Notes under the pieces: generated by a model
Told to the model about the DNA's origin: nothing
What the model saw: the letters and a program-made list of their open reading frames with translations, nothing else
Databases searched by the model: none
Translations under genes and position numbers: made by a program
Shown: piece by piece, positions 18,634-29,346 of the stretch
How positions within the stretch are numbered: position 1 is the stretch's first letter
Layout of the letters: the number at the start of each line of letters is the position of its first letter
Origin: Nitrosopumilaceae archaeon
Lineage (GTDB): Archaea > Thermoproteota > Nitrososphaeria > Nitrososphaerales > Nitrosopumilaceae
DNA: 64,000 nt
Assembly (NCBI GenBank): GCA_052389415.1
Contig: JBQTHX010000055.1
Location: 31,714-95,713, forward strand
Direction: 5' to 3'

Positions 18634-19897
18634 AACGTGGATCATTTAATAACGATTCGAGAGGAATCTGTTTTTCGCTTCCGTCTTTCATGTTTCTAAC
18701 CACTATTAAATTTGAAGAAAATTCCTTTGGAGCAATGATGATAGTAAACTGTGAGCTTGAGGCCATTTCCATCTGTTTTTTTAAGGGTTTTCCACTAAGA
18801 TCAGCTTCAGCGCGAATTCCTTTTTGTCTAAGTTTAGATACAATGTTTAATGCAATTTTTTGCATTTCATCGCTAACAAATGCAACCCATACTTGCAAGG
18901 TTTTTGTGTTAATGTCTATTCTTTGTTTTTCTAAAGAAAAAGCAATTCGTTCAACTCCGCCAGCCACACCAGTAGCACCAAGATCTGAACGACCAAAAGC
19001 ATTTGTAAGAGTATCATATCTCCCGCCACCTGCTAGAGCACCAAGATCTGAACTGCTATCAAAGACCTCAAAAACAATTCCCGAGTAATAATCGAGTCCT
19101 CTGACAATTCCAAAATTTATTCTAATATTATCAATTTGTCTATTTTTTAAAGAGGTAAATAGTTGACATAATTTATCCCAGTTTTTTAGTTGTTTACACT
19201 CAAATTTTCTTTCAATTTCTTCAGGCGTACCCTTAATTTGAGAAAATTCTAGTATTTTTTCCAGATTTGAAGAAGAATACCCCTTTCCTTCATATTCCTT
19301 GATGATCTCTTCTCTTTTCTTTTTTTGTATCTTATCTACTGCTCTGAGCATATCGTTTAAGACATCATGTGAGTCAGAGTTGAAAACTTGTTGTATGTAC
19401 GATTCTACAAGCTCACGATCGCAAAAATCAATTACAATGTTTTGGAGACGAAGGTTAAAGAAAAATTTCGACGTGAATTCAATTATTTCTGCATCAAACT
19501 CAAGATTCGTTTGACCATAAATTTCCAGATCCCATTGATGAAAGAATCTATATCTTCCTTTTTGTGGTTCGTCATATCTCCAAACACCTCCAAATGAAGC
19601 AAGTTTTGCTGGAAGTCTCATTGATTTTTGTGATACAGCATACCTTGTTAACCCTATTGTGAAATCAAATCTGAGGGCCACATCACGATCTCCCTTGTCT
19701 TTAAAATGATAAATCTCGTTTTTAATGGACGGACCACTTTTTGTTTCAATTACAGAAATCAATTCTATTGGAGATGGTTCCATTAGTTGAAATCCAAAGA
19801 GATTCGCTGTTTCAATAAATTTCTGCCTAATGTATTCTATCTTCGAGGTCTCATCAAATCCAATATCCCTCATCCCACGCGGAAGTTCCAAATTCAA
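18623..19897 (-). CDS. hisS: Histidyl-tRNA synthetase
   Basis: LPRGMRD, LRFDFT, RYDEPQKGRYR, RGLDYY, GGGRYD. Confidence 0.96.
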   Translation of the reverse strand: MNLELPRGMRDIGFDETSKIEYIRQKFIETANLFGFQLMEPSPIELISVIETKSGPSIKNEIYHFKDKGDRDVALRFDFTIGLTRYAVSQKSMRLPAKLASFGGVWRYDEPQKGRYRFFHQWDLEIYGQTNLEFDAEIIEFTSKFFFNLRLQNIVIDFCDRELVESYIQQVFNSDSHDVLNDMLRAVDKIQKKKREEIIKEYEGKGYSSSNLEKILEFSQIKGTPEEIERKFECKQLKNWDKLCQLFTSLKNRQIDNIRINFGIVRGLDYYSGIVFEVFDSSSDLGALAGGGRYDTLTNAFGRSDLGATGVAGGVERIAFSLEKQRIDINTKTLQVWVAFVSDEMQKIALNIVSKLRQKGIRAEADLSGKPLKKQMEMASSSQFTIIIAPKEFSSNLIVVRNMKDGSEKQIPLESLLNDPRSNL

Positions 19898-19980
19898 AAA
19901 TCACTCTTGTTCCAATGCATTTAGACCTTACTATCATCAGAATGATGGAATAAGTTTCATTTACAATGAATTAATAAAAG

Positions 19981-20415
19981 TTGTTTTTACAGCAAATTAT
20001 GGGATACAAATATCTCGAGCATGCTACAGATGCCTTTATTGAAGTTACAGCAAATACACTTGAAGAAGCTTTTGAACAGGCTGGCATTTCTGTGGTAGAT
20101 ACAATCGTGGATATCAAATCAATTGAGGAAAAAATGGAAAAGGAAATCCAAGTCACAGGAAAAGATATGAATAATTTACTTTACAACTGGCTTGAAGAAA
20201 TTATTATAATTACCATCACAGAAGGATTTGTTGCAAACCGCTTTTTAGTTAGATTGCAAGAAAGCAACGGTTACAAACTAGTGGCAAAACTAAGGGGTGA
20301 AGAACTCGATATGGAAAAGCATCATTTTAAGGTGGAGATAAAAGCACCCACATTTCATCTCATGGAAATAAAAAAAAATAATCAAATATTGATGAGATTT
20401 CTGCTCGATTTATAA
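19981..20415 (+). CDS. Archease
   Basis: YLEHATD, EIKAPTFH, C-terminal FLLDL; likely start at MGYKY. Confidence 0.9.
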   Translation: MFLQQIMGYKYLEHATDAFIEVTANTLEEAFEQAGISVVDTIVDIKSIEEKMEKEIQVTGKDMNNLLYNWLEEIIIITITEGFVANRFLVRLQESNGYKLVAKLRGEELDMEKHHFKVEIKAPTFHLMEIKKNNQILMRFLLDL

Positions 20416-20457
20416 GTAAATTATTAAATATGAAACCCGTTTACATCTGATCTCCGC

Positions 20458-20838
20458 ATGACAGACAAAGAAATTGATGACATTATGAAAAGGAAACTCG
20501 CTGAAATGTCAAGTCACAAGGAGCAAGAGATAAGAGAGTTGACTGATGTAGATTTTGACGATGTAGTTTCTAGCGACACACCAGTGTTGGTGGATTTTTG
20601 GGCTACGTGGTGCGGTCCTTGTCAATTTATGCTTCCCATTTTTAGTAGACTAGCAAAAAAGTATACAGCAATAATATTTGCCCGTGTGAATGTAGACGAT
20701 GCACAAAGTGTTGCAGCAAGATATGGAGTTTATGCCATACCTACATTTCTAATGTTCAGAAATGGTCAAGTAGTAGATAAGGCAGTAGGAGCAGTTGGAG
20801 AACCAGGTCTTAACATGCTTCTACAGAAATATTCCTAG
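20458..20838 (+). CDS. Thioredoxin
   Basis: DFWATWCGPC. Confidence 0.92.
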   Translation: MTDKEIDDIMKRKLAEMSSHKEQEIRELTDVDFDDVVSSDTPVLVDFWATWCGPCQFMLPIFSRLAKKYTAIIFARVNVDDAQSVAARYGVYAIPTFLMFRNGQVVDKAVGAVGEPGLNMLLQKYS

Positions 20839-22616
20839 TAACCATACATTGGATTTAGTTTTCTCTGTATTGTTGTAATTTCTTGCAATACTTGAAATTC
20901 TTCAGGATTTAATTTGTGTGAAAATCTTTTGAGAAGAAGTTTTGCCTCAGGCGAAGGGGGAAAGGAATAAAAGATTTCTTCTTCTGAAATTTGTCTTCCT
21001 ACAGTAATATTTTGAATTGAGACAGCTACCTCCTGATCTTTTTTTGCCAGATTAACACTTTTGCCATTGTCTTGAATCTGGTGCAAGGTTCCAATCTTTT
21101 TTCCTTCCGCATTCATTATAGCAACTTTTTGTCTTAAATTACCAACGTTAATTTTGACTCCAAAAACAGCTGGATTACTCTTTCTAAATACATATCCTTT
21201 AAGAAAAGTAAATTTACAAACTGGTGTAAGTTCATCAAGAATTGCATTCTCCTCATTTGCAGTATCCTCTTCTACCCAATGAGTGTAATTATCCACCAAA
21301 CTGTAAATGACTTGATCTTGGAAGATCCTGACATGATTTGCCTCAGATTCTTCTTGTGCGTCATCTAAAACTTTTACATTAAAAGAGATTACAACGCCAA
21401 GATGTCTGTCGTTTTCTTTCACAGCCAAGGCTTCAACTACGTCACGTCTTGTAACAGGACCTATATCCGCTAGGGCTACAGGTATATTCTGACGTTTTAG
21501 CATGTCAGTTAATGCTTCTAGCGAACCTATTGTATCACACTTTAGAATGACTCCTTTAGTATCAGTTTTAATGAATACTGATTTCATCTCAGATTCAATC
21601 ATCTTTTTTAAATCTTCAATCTCATTTTCTTTGGTTGTTGCATATACTGGGCTTCCTGGTAAAACACCATCAAGATCAGGTGAAACAATTTTGATACCTG
21701 CAGCAGCAATTACATCGTTAACAGGCATGAACTTGTCTCTAGGATCTCGCATTTCATCCAGCGGTTTAGGTAAAAGTAGTGCCTTGGCTTTGGTATTGAT
21801 TACAGAATCGCGTTTGGCAACCACGATATTATCACCCTTTTTTAGCATCCCGTCAATTAAGATGATATTTGCAGTCACTCCCAATCCGACTTCGTCCTTG
21901 ACCTCAAGAACTATACCTCTGGTTGATTTTTCCTGCTGTTCGAGTTTTTTTTGCATATATTGTTGAGTCAAGCCAACTAACACAGCAAGTAATTCTGGAA
22001 TTCCTTCCCCACTCCTAGCACTAACTGGGACTATAGATATTTCTTTTGTAAAATCCTTAATTCTATAAAATGCTTCAGAGTTGTAACCAAGAATAGAAAG
22101 AGTTCCTACAACATTGTATAGGAGTTCATCAAGTGCAGTCTGCACAAATTGATCTTGTTCTTTTATTGACTGTGAAACAAACATTGTTTTTGGATTTTTC
22201 CAACCCTTGATCATATCTATCTTATTTAATGCGATCACAAATGGAACCTTTCTATTTTGTAATATTTTCAAACTTTCATTTGTCTGTGGTTGGAATCCTC
22301 GATTTACATCTACTACTAAAATGGCAATATCAGCTGCCGAACCACCACGTGCCCTTAGGTTTGTAAATATTTCATGGCCAGGGGTATCAATTACCAGTAG
22401 GCCAGGAATTTCATCTTTTCCTCCACTTAGTTTTGCAAAGAGAGATCCACAAACTTTTTTGATTGTTTCAGAGGGAAGAAAGCTAGCACCAATATGTTGT
22501 GTTATACCACCAGCTTCTCTTCCTTGGACTCCTGTTCCACGTATTTTGTCAAGTAGTGAGGTTTTACCAGAATCCACATGTCCCAGAACTGCTACAATTG
22601 GTTGTCTTATTTGCAA
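20835..22616 (-). CDS. infB: Translation initiation factor aIF-5B (IF-2)
   Basis: GHVDSGKT, GGITQHIGA, DTPGH, NKID. Confidence 0.96.
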   Translation of the reverse strand: MQIRQPIVAVLGHVDSGKTSLLDKIRGTGVQGREAGGITQHIGASFLPSETIKKVCGSLFAKLSGGKDEIPGLLVIDTPGHEIFTNLRARGGSAADIAILVVDVNRGFQPQTNESLKILQNRKVPFVIALNKIDMIKGWKNPKTMFVSQSIKEQDQFVQTALDELLYNVVGTLSILGYNSEAFYRIKDFTKEISIVPVSARSGEGIPELLAVLVGLTQQYMQKKLEQQEKSTRGIVLEVKDEVGLGVTANIILIDGMLKKGDNIVVAKRDSVINTKAKALLLPKPLDEMRDPRDKFMPVNDVIAAAGIKIVSPDLDGVLPGSPVYATTKENEIEDLKKMIESEMKSVFIKTDTKGVILKCDTIGSLEALTDMLKRQNIPVALADIGPVTRRDVVEALAVKENDRHLGVVISFNVKVLDDAQEESEANHVRIFQDQVIYSLVDNYTHWVEEDTANEENAILDELTPVCKFTFLKGYVFRKSNPAVFGVKINVGNLRQKVAIMNAEGKKIGTLHQIQDNGKSVNLAKKDQEVAVSIQNITVGRQISEEEIFYSFPPSPEAKLLLKRFSHKLNPEEFQVLQEITTIQRKLNPMYGY

Positions 22617-22622
22617 CCTTTT

Positions 22623-23024
22623 TCACTTGAATACTATGGTTAATTCCTTTTCAAAACTTTCCTTAGAATCAGATGCATGAATTATGTTATCAGTAAATCC
22701 AAGTCCAAAATCTCCTCGTATTGATCCAGGAATTGCTTCAGAAGATTTGGTAGAACCAATCATCAATCTAGTGGTCGTGATAGCATCATTACCCTCTATA
22801 ACAGCCGCTACTACTCTACCTGATGTAATAAAAGACACAAGTTCTTTGAAAAAAGGCTTTGAATTGTGAACAGAATAAAACTCCTCAGCCATCTCTTTTG
22901 TAAATGTAAACATCTTCAATTTCACCAACTTGAATCCTTTATCTTCAAACCTAGTTAGGATTTGGCCAACTATTCTTCTCTCTACTCCATCTGGCTTTAC
23001 TATGAAAAGCGACTGCTCCGTCAT
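22623..23024 (-). CDS. ndk: Nucleoside diphosphate kinase
   Basis: IVKPDG, PGSIRGDF, NIIHASDS. Confidence 0.96.
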   Translation of the reverse strand: MTEQSLFIVKPDGVERRIVGQILTRFEDKGFKLVKLKMFTFTKEMAEEFYSVHNSKPFFKELVSFITSGRVVAAVIEGNDAITTTRLMIGSTKSSEAIPGSIRGDFGLGFTDNIIHASDSKESFEKELTIVFK

Positions 23025-23025
23025 T

Positions 23026-23229
23026 TTACTTTTTTACCTTTATTCCGCCTTTAACATATTTGTTAGTCCACTTGAGTCTTCTTGGATCTCTTTTGAGTAC
23101 GAGCATGTTTTTTTTGCATTTAGAGGAACAAAACCAGAAAACGGTTCCATCATTTTTAATCATCATCGTGCCAGACCCTTTTGCTACTGGACGATTACAA
23201 AAACTACATGGTTTTACTAATACACTCAA
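23026..23229 (-). CDS. rpl24e: Ribosomal protein L24e
   Basis: CSFC...FCSSKC, RDPRRLKWT. Confidence 0.95.
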   Translation of the reverse strand: MSVLVKPCSFCNRPVAKGSGTMMIKNDGTVFWFCSSKCKKNMLVLKRDPRRLKWTNKYVKGGIKVKK

Positions 23230-23236
23230 CTTACAA

Positions 23237-23446
23237 TCACTTTATTTTTCGTGCTTCTCGTTCTGTTTCCCTTAACATCAAAATGTCAGACATTCTTACT
23301 GACCCTTTAACGTTTCTAGTAAGAATCCTCCCTTTGTCTTTTCCATCCATTATTTTCACTCTTACTTGAATTACTTCTCCAGCAATTCCTGTCCTACCGA
23401 CAATTTGTATAATTTCTGCTGGAATTACTGTTTCAGTGGTGCTCAT
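23237..23446 (-). CDS. rps28e: Ribosomal protein S28e
   Basis: [27 protein letters not shown]. Confidence 0.95.
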   Translation of the reverse strand: MSTTETVIPAEIIQIVGRTGIAGEVIQVRVKIMDGKDKGRILTRNVKGSVRMSDILMLRETEREARKIK

Positions 23447-23838
23447 TTACTAGCTTGACCGCCTTTAAGGTCTGAAAGTGATGCTATTATTTGATCAACA
23501 ATATGTTGTGCATCTCCTGCGTCCAGTATTGCAGCTGCTGCTGAAGTAACGTCTATTCCAAGGGCCTTTCCAAGCTCTTGTCTGCTTGGTACAAATGCAT
23601 ATGCTGCTCCATGTTCTTCACACAATATTGGAAGATGGGCAACCACCTCTGGCGGTTCTACATCTTCAGCAATTATCACTAGTTTGCTTATTCCTCGTTC
23701 TATCGCTTTTGTGACTTCGTTTGTGCCTTTCTTTACTTTACCACTCTGATGAGACACTCTAAGTGCTTCATAGATTGGACTTACCAGGTCCTCAGGTACT
23801 TGAAATTTTACATAATAGGCTTTAGCCACATGTATCAC
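23443..23838 (-). CDS. rpl7ae: Ribosomal protein L7Ae
   Basis: [29 protein letters not shown]. Confidence 0.95.
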   Translation of the reverse strand: MIHVAKAYYVKFQVPEDLVSPIYEALRVSHQSGKVKKGTNEVTKAIERGISKLVIIAEDVEPPEVVAHLPILCEEHGAAYAFVPSRQELGKALGIDVTSAAAAILDAGDAQHIVDQIIASLSDLKGGQASK

Positions 23839-23889
23839 CCAAAGGGATCATTTCCATTCCTAAAGTGTTTCCAATTGGTTTTAAAAGTG

Positions 23890-25236
23890 TTATCTGCCAA
23901 GACTTGATTTTATTTTTTCCATGTATTTTACAAACAAAACGTCGAGATTTTGCTGCGAGTCAGATTCTGCATAGATTCTGATTATTGGCTCTGTTCCGCT
24001 TGGTCGTATCATCACCCAATTTAATCTGTCAAACAAGATTTTGATACCATCGGTCGTAATTTTTTTATGATTTTCTTTCTTGAGGATCTGAATTATTTTT
24101 GCAGCTTCCTTTTTTGAACACTCCAGCTTACCTTTTGTTGTAAACGAAGGTGGCAAAAGTGATAGTTCGTCAGATATTGATTTTGTAGAGGCCGCAAGTA
24201 AGTCTAACGCAATTGCCATTGTCATGGCTCCATCGCGGACTTGATTATGCTTGCCATACATGAATCCGCCGTTTTCTTCAAATCCTATAATAGCTTTAGA
24301 AGTAACCATTTCGCGTGAAACCTCAACACTTCCTACCTTTGTTCTGATCACTTTGGATTTTGTTCTTGATGCAATATCCTCAATTCGCGATGTCGAATTT
24401 ATTGTCGTTACAATTTTAGATCTTGGATTTTTTTCTAATAGAAACTTTGATAGTAGTAGGGCTGATCTGTCCCCAGTCAAGATTTTTCCTGTGTCATCAC
24501 AAAAGATACTTCTATCTCCGTCACCGTCAAAAGCAACTCCAAGATCTGCCTGTGATTTGATAACTTTTTTTGAAAGAACCTGTAGATTTTGTGGCGTTGG
24601 TTCAGAACCCCTACCTGGAAAGGAACCATCAATTTTTTCGTTAATTGTAATGACTTCACAGCCAAGTTCCTTGCACAGTCTTGGAGCGGTGGCTGCCTGA
24701 GCACCATTGCCTAGGTCTAAAACTATTCTAAATTTTCTTGATCTTATTTTCTGCGTATTGATCTGGGATTTTATGCCTTTGAGGTATGTTTCTATTGCTG
24801 TTTCTATCTTCCTTGTTATTCCCAATTTTTTAGCTTGTTTCCATTTTTTTTTAAAATAAATTCCCTCTACTTTAATCTCATCACCTCTTGAAATTTCCAC
24901 TCCATCCTTTGCTGTGGGTTTTAATCCATTGTATGTTGGCGGATTATGAGATGCCGTAATCATTATTCCCCCTTGATATCCAAGCTTTTTTGTAGAAAAT
25001 TGTAAGCAAGGAGTAGGAACCAATCCCGCAATTGCACAATCAAGGCCAGCTGAATTTAACGAAGAATAGACGATTTTTGAGACAATAATACTTGATTCTC
25101 GTCCATCATATCCTATCAGTATCGGTCCATTTCTAAAATAGGTTGCAAGTGATAAGGTGATTTCATACACAAAATCTAGCGTGAGCGTTTCACCAAAAAC
25201 CCCCCTAATTCCATTGGTTCCAAATAATTTTGCCAA
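23890..25236 (-). CDS. glmM: Phosphoglucosamine mutase / phosphohexomutase
   Basis: FGTNGIRG, ITASHNP, DGDGDR, RPSGTEP. Confidence 0.88.
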   Translation of the reverse strand: MAKLFGTNGIRGVFGETLTLDFVYEITLSLATYFRNGPILIGYDGRESSIIVSKIVYSSLNSAGLDCAIAGLVPTPCLQFSTKKLGYQGGIMITASHNPPTYNGLKPTAKDGVEISRGDEIKVEGIYFKKKWKQAKKLGITRKIETAIETYLKGIKSQINTQKIRSRKFRIVLDLGNGAQAATAPRLCKELGCEVITINEKIDGSFPGRGSEPTPQNLQVLSKKVIKSQADLGVAFDGDGDRSIFCDDTGKILTGDRSALLLSKFLLEKNPRSKIVTTINSTSRIEDIASRTKSKVIRTKVGSVEVSREMVTSKAIIGFEENGGFMYGKHNQVRDGAMTMAIALDLLAASTKSISDELSLLPPSFTTKGKLECSKKEAAKIIQILKKENHKKITTDGIKILFDRLNWVMIRPSGTEPIIRIYAESDSQQNLDVLFVKYMEKIKSSLGR

Positions 25237-25286
25237 TTTTCAATCTATCAATAATAGATAAATTTGTCTTAAAAGTCATGGTGCAT

Positions 25287-25371
25287 GCGGGAGTTGCCAA
25301 GCCTGGTCAAAGGCGCAGGGCTTAGGACCCTGTCTTTTAGGAGTTCGTGGGTTCAAATCCCACCTCCCGCA
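25287..25371 (+). tRNA. tRNA-Leu(TAG)
   Basis: GCGGGAG...CAGGG-CTTAGGA-CCCTG, variable arm, GTTCAAATC...CTCCCGCA. Confidence 0.94.
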
Positions 25372-25372
25372 C

Positions 25373-25558
25373 TTATTTTATAATACAGAGTTGTTGCTCT
25401 TTGTGATTAGCAAAGTGAATATTGCAAAAGTCCTTTGAACATTCATAACAATGCCAATCTCCAATTGTAGAACATACTGAGCAGATTCTTACAGGATTGT
25501 TGTGATCATAACTATTACCTCGGTTACGATTTTTGCTTGAGCCTTTGTTTCTATCCAT
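25373..25558 (-). CDS. Small Cys/His-rich zinc-finger protein (B-box/AN1-like spacing)
   Basis: CSVC...HCYEC...FCNIH...H...C. Confidence 0.6.
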   Translation of the reverse strand: MDRNKGSSKNRNRGNSYDHNNPVRICSVCSTIGDWHCYECSKDFCNIHFANHKEQQLCIIK

Positions 25559-25719
25559 AATTTTCCCTCAAGAAGTATAAATTTGAAAAATTCAGGTTCT
25601 CCATTCACTCACGCATTATAAAATTTGATTGTATATTGCATATACACATTATCTAATTACGAGATATTCTAAGTGGTTATTTAAGCATTAATAAAGTACG
25701 ATCTTCAAACAAAATTAGA

Positions 25720-26577
25720 ATGAACAAAACAACAGTGGAAATCACTGTAATAGGAAGGGATCATGAGGGAGTAGTTGCGGGTTTTACTAATTTCATATTT
25801 CAAAGAGGTGGAAATATTGAGAAAATAAATCAAAATGTCATCAAGGGATTATTTGGAATGTATCTTGAAGCATCTTTTGTGAAAAAACTTGATATAAAAA
25901 AATTTGATCATGATGTAGAAGAGCTAGCAAAACGCTTGAAGATGGAAGTCAATACGCATCATGAAGCTGTTCTTAGGAAGAAAGTTGCATTACTTGTAAC
26001 AAGAGAACCACATTGTCTTGAAGCGATTTTAGACGCAAGATCTAAAAATCAACTAAGAGGAGAGATCAGTGTAATTATAGGAACAGAGAATACTCTCGCT
26101 ACATATGCTAGGAAAGCAAAAATTCCATTTGTGTTAGTAAATGAAATTGATCAATCAAAAGCTGAAGAAAAAATCCTTGCTACATTAAAACGACATAACA
26201 TAGATTTGATAGTTCTTGCAAGATACATGCGCATTTTGTCTCCTAATTTTGTTTGGAGATATCCAAATAGAATTATTAACATTCATCCTTCGTTACTACC
26301 TGCATTTCCAGGTGCCTTTGCTTACATGCAGGCGTATGAACGTGGTGCTAAGATAGTTGGGTGCACAGCTCATTATGTTGTTGAAGATCTGGATCAAGGC
26401 CCAATAATTTTTCAAGATGCTTTTGCAATTGATTCAAATGAAACTGTTGAATCATTAAAAAAGAAAGGTCAGAAAATAGAGGCAAAAACTTTGTTGGAAG
26501 CAGTGCAAATGCATCTTGAGGGAAGACTTGAGGTCTACTGGGGCAAAGTCCACATCAAATCCAAGCGATCTAGATGA
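25720..26577 (+). CDS. purU: Formyltetrahydrofolate deformylase
   Basis: N-terminal ACT domain; LARYMRILS, INIHPSLLPAF, LDQGPII. Confidence 0.93.
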   Translation: MNKTTVEITVIGRDHEGVVAGFTNFIFQRGGNIEKINQNVIKGLFGMYLEASFVKKLDIKKFDHDVEELAKRLKMEVNTHHEAVLRKKVALLVTREPHCLEAILDARSKNQLRGEISVIIGTENTLATYARKAKIPFVLVNEIDQSKAEEKILATLKRHNIDLIVLARYMRILSPNFVWRYPNRIINIHPSLLPAFPGAFAYMQAYERGAKIVGCTAHYVVEDLDQGPIIFQDAFAIDSNETVESLKKKGQKIEAKTLLEAVQMHLEGRLEVYWGKVHIKSKRSR

Positions 26578-27281
26578 CAGAAATAAATCATCTACAAGAT
26601 CCTCATCTTAGGAATCTAATAAAAACTAGAAAACAAACTGCTCTCATACCAGTAGGCTCTATAGAACAACATGGACCGCATTTGCCAATATCAACCGATT
26701 CAGATATCATATCTGAGATTGCACGTAGAATTTCGAAAAAAGCCGATTTTTTGGTGCTTCCTACCATAAACTATGGAGTTTCGTTTGAACATTTTCCTTT
26801 TTTTAATCTAAGTGTTAGAGAAACCACTTTACAAAGAAATCTTGTAGATTTGTGCATTTCATTATGGAAAAATAAAATAAAAACCATCATAATTCTTAAC
26901 GGACATCATGGGAATCAATCTGCACTCAATAATATTCCAAAAAAAATTCATGATTTCACAAATGGAAGGGTAAAAGTTTTTGTGTTTTCGTATTGGCACT
27001 TTATGAATATAGAGTTTGATCACGCGGGTTTTGTTGAAACTTCCCTTATGCTAGCTATATCAAAAAAAGTGAACATAAAAAAAGCTGTGAAAGGTTTTAC
27101 AACTAGTGGACTCTCTGTAAAAGAAAAATTGCGCGTAAATAAACTTGCTTCAAAATCGTTCATTTCCGTTACGGGGAATGGAGTATGGGGAGATCCTAGA
27201 AATGCGTCAGCAAAAGAAGGAAAGAAAATCTTGTCAGAGGTTGTTCAAACTTTTTTAAAAGAGTCAAACTTGCCTTACTGA
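26574..27281 (+). CDS. Creatininase family amidohydrolase (ArfB-like)
   Basis: GSIEQHGPHLP.STD, NGHHGN, DHAG..ETS, GVWGDP. Confidence 0.88.
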   Translation: MTEINHLQDPHLRNLIKTRKQTALIPVGSIEQHGPHLPISTDSDIISEIARRISKKADFLVLPTINYGVSFEHFPFFNLSVRETTLQRNLVDLCISLWKNKIKTIIILNGHHGNQSALNNIPKKIHDFTNGRVKVFVFSYWHFMNIEFDHAGFVETSLMLAISKKVNIKKAVKGFTTSGLSVKEKLRVNKLASKSFISVTGNGVWGDPRNASAKEGKKILSEVVQTFLKESNLPY

Positions 27282-27351
27282 CAAAACCCGAAAATTACAC
27301 CAATGAAATTTTAATATATACCCTCAATACAGGTGGTAATAAGTGAAATAA

Positions 27352-27582
27352 TTGTCCGTTGATATGGCAGTAAAAGTACTGGATGAGAGTCTCAACAAAG
27401 TCGTCCTTATCAAACTGAAGGGCGGCAAAGTAATAAGAGGCAACTTGCATGGTTTTGACCAACACATGAATCTGCTACTCGACTCATCAGAAGAGATCCC
27501 TTCTGAGGGCGAAACAAAGAGTCTTGGAACCATAGTTGTCCGTGGAGACAATGTGGTGATAATTTCTCCACCCCCAAAGTGA
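27352..27582 (+). CDS. Sm/Lsm RNA-binding protein
   Basis: [21 protein letters not shown]. Confidence 0.93.
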   Translation: MSVDMAVKVLDESLNKVVLIKLKGGKVIRGNLHGFDQHMNLLLDSSEEIPSEGETKSLGTIVVRGDNVVIISPPPK

Positions 27583-27588
27583 TGATAT

Positions 27589-27756
27589 ATGACTAAAGGC
27601 ACAACATCAATGGGGGGCTATACCAAAAAGCATCCGCATATTAGGTGTAGGAGATGTGGAAAAAATTCTTTCCATGCACGACACAAGCGATGTGCTAGTT
27701 GTGGGTATCCTGATTCAAGAATTAGAAAATATACATGGATCAAATGGTATACATAA
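27589..27756 (+). CDS. rpl37e: Ribosomal protein L37e (55 aa, below the ORF-track cutoff)
   Basis: Manual translation [10 protein letters not shown]...[13 protein letters not shown]...CASCGYP; conserved position after Lsm. Confidence 0.95.
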   Translation: MTKGTTSMGGYTKKHPHIRCRRCGKNSFHARHKRCASCGYPDSRIRKYTWIKWYT

Positions 27757-28668
27757 ATGCAAGAATTAGTACTTGTCCTTGGTTCCGTTGCTGGGGCCTG
27801 TACGGCGGTTGCAATAGATAAGATCCCAAGACGAAAACAAGAAAAATTTGTTGTTAGAGCAAATCCAGTAATAAAAAATCAAATTCAATCATTGGAAATA
27901 GAAAAAGATATTCTTACTAAGACCATCTCTAGATTATATCAAAATGAATCGGAGCTTTCTAAAATTCAACGCGACAAGCTCTTACTTCGATATCAAAATC
28001 AACTTGGTCTTGTAATAGCAAGAATAGAAAAACTTGAAGCTGCAAGCAAGCATCCTGACATTGGACCATTAGGAGATGGCCTAGTTACACTAATGGATCA
28101 AAAACTTTCTCAGCTAGATACAAGATTACATGAGATTTCCTCCAAGATATCAGCGGCCACAATTGTTACTCAAATGAAACAGCCAGAAGCAATCAAAGCC
28201 GTTGCAGAAAAACCCGAAATAAGAAAAATCATACCAAAGATTGAGCTACAAAAAGAAAAAATCTATTCTCCAATACCAGAATCTGAAATTCCCAACACTG
28301 AGCATCGCAGGTCAGTAGAACTGATTACACTCACCGAAATTCCAAGCAAAGTACCAGAATTTCCTCTAAAACTTACACCGCTGAAACCTGCAGAAGCAAA
28401 TTCTGCTGTCTTGCAGAAGCAAATCAAAGATGAGATAATAACAAAGGATCACATAGAAATAGAAAAACCAAAAATTAGAGAAGTTGAACAGATAGAAATA
28501 CCAAAATCTGAACTCATCCAACCAACGGTAGAAAGGAAGATACAGATTCCACCAGTGGTAAAGATTCCAGAGGAAGAGAAGCTAGAAGACGATGACAAAG
28601 ATATTGATAAGATAAAAAATGAAATAATGAAGGCCCTTTCTAAACTTGAGCAAGTAGAGGTAGAATAG
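27757..28668 (+). CDS. Conserved thaumarchaeal coiled-coil protein
   Basis: N-terminal hydrophobic anchor, coiled coil, P/E/K-rich linker, C-terminal LSKLEQVEVE. Confidence 0.7.
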   Translation: MQELVLVLGSVAGACTAVAIDKIPRRKQEKFVVRANPVIKNQIQSLEIEKDILTKTISRLYQNESELSKIQRDKLLLRYQNQLGLVIARIEKLEAASKHPDIGPLGDGLVTLMDQKLSQLDTRLHEISSKISAATIVTQMKQPEAIKAVAEKPEIRKIIPKIELQKEKIYSPIPESEIPNTEHRRSVELITLTEIPSKVPEFPLKLTPLKPAEANSAVLQKQIKDEIITKDHIEIEKPKIREVEQIEIPKSELIQPTVERKIQIPPVVKIPEEEKLEDDDKDIDKIKNEIMKALSKLEQVEVE

Positions 28669-29346
28669 TTGACTGTAGATGATGCCATAAAGGCATTGTC
28701 AAATGAAGTATTAAACCTTGTAAACGATAATTATGTTCTAGGATTAGGAAGTGGAAGAGCAGCAACTGCACTAGTAAGATCACTTTCCATACATTTACAC
28801 GAAAGAAATCTCAAAGTAAAAGCTGTACCAACATCATTACAAATCAAATTAGAAGCTGAAAAATGCGGTATCCCAATAATAGAAGCAGATCAAATTGAGC
28901 ATGTTGATATTGTTTTTGATGGTGCAGATCAGATAGATGAAAAAAGAAACATGATAAAAGGTGGAGGTGGTGCACTCTTGCGGGAAAAAATTCTCATTAA
29001 TATAGCAAAAAAAGTGATCATAATAGCAGACGAATCAAAATTTATGAAAAAACTAAATCGCAGTGTACCAATTGAGGTTCATCCTTTTGCTAGAAATATA
29101 GCGGCAAAGCAGATCCAAAAGTACGGAGGCAAATCCATTCTTCGTACAATAGAGCGTGGTTATCCATTTGTTACTGAGAATGGAAATATTATTTTAGACA
29201 CTGATTTTGGCGAGATTATAGATCCGGAAGATTTGGCTGAAAAAATAATCCAGATTCCTGGAGTCATTGAAGTAGGCATCTTTACAAGAAAACCAGATAT
29301 AATTTATAAAGTGAAAGAGAATGGGCAATTCGATGCTCTAAGCTAA
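28669..29346 (+). CDS. rpiA: Ribose-5-phosphate isomerase A
   Basis: GLGSG, DGADQID, IKGGGGALLREK, TENGN. Confidence 0.95.
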   Translation: MTVDDAIKALSNEVLNLVNDNYVLGLGSGRAATALVRSLSIHLHERNLKVKAVPTSLQIKLEAEKCGIPIIEADQIEHVDIVFDGADQIDEKRNMIKGGGGALLREKILINIAKKVIIIADESKFMKKLNRSVPIEVHPFARNIAAKQIQKYGGKSILRTIERGYPFVTENGNIILDTDFGEIIDPEDLAEKIIQIPGVIEVGIFTRKPDIIYKVKENGQFDALS

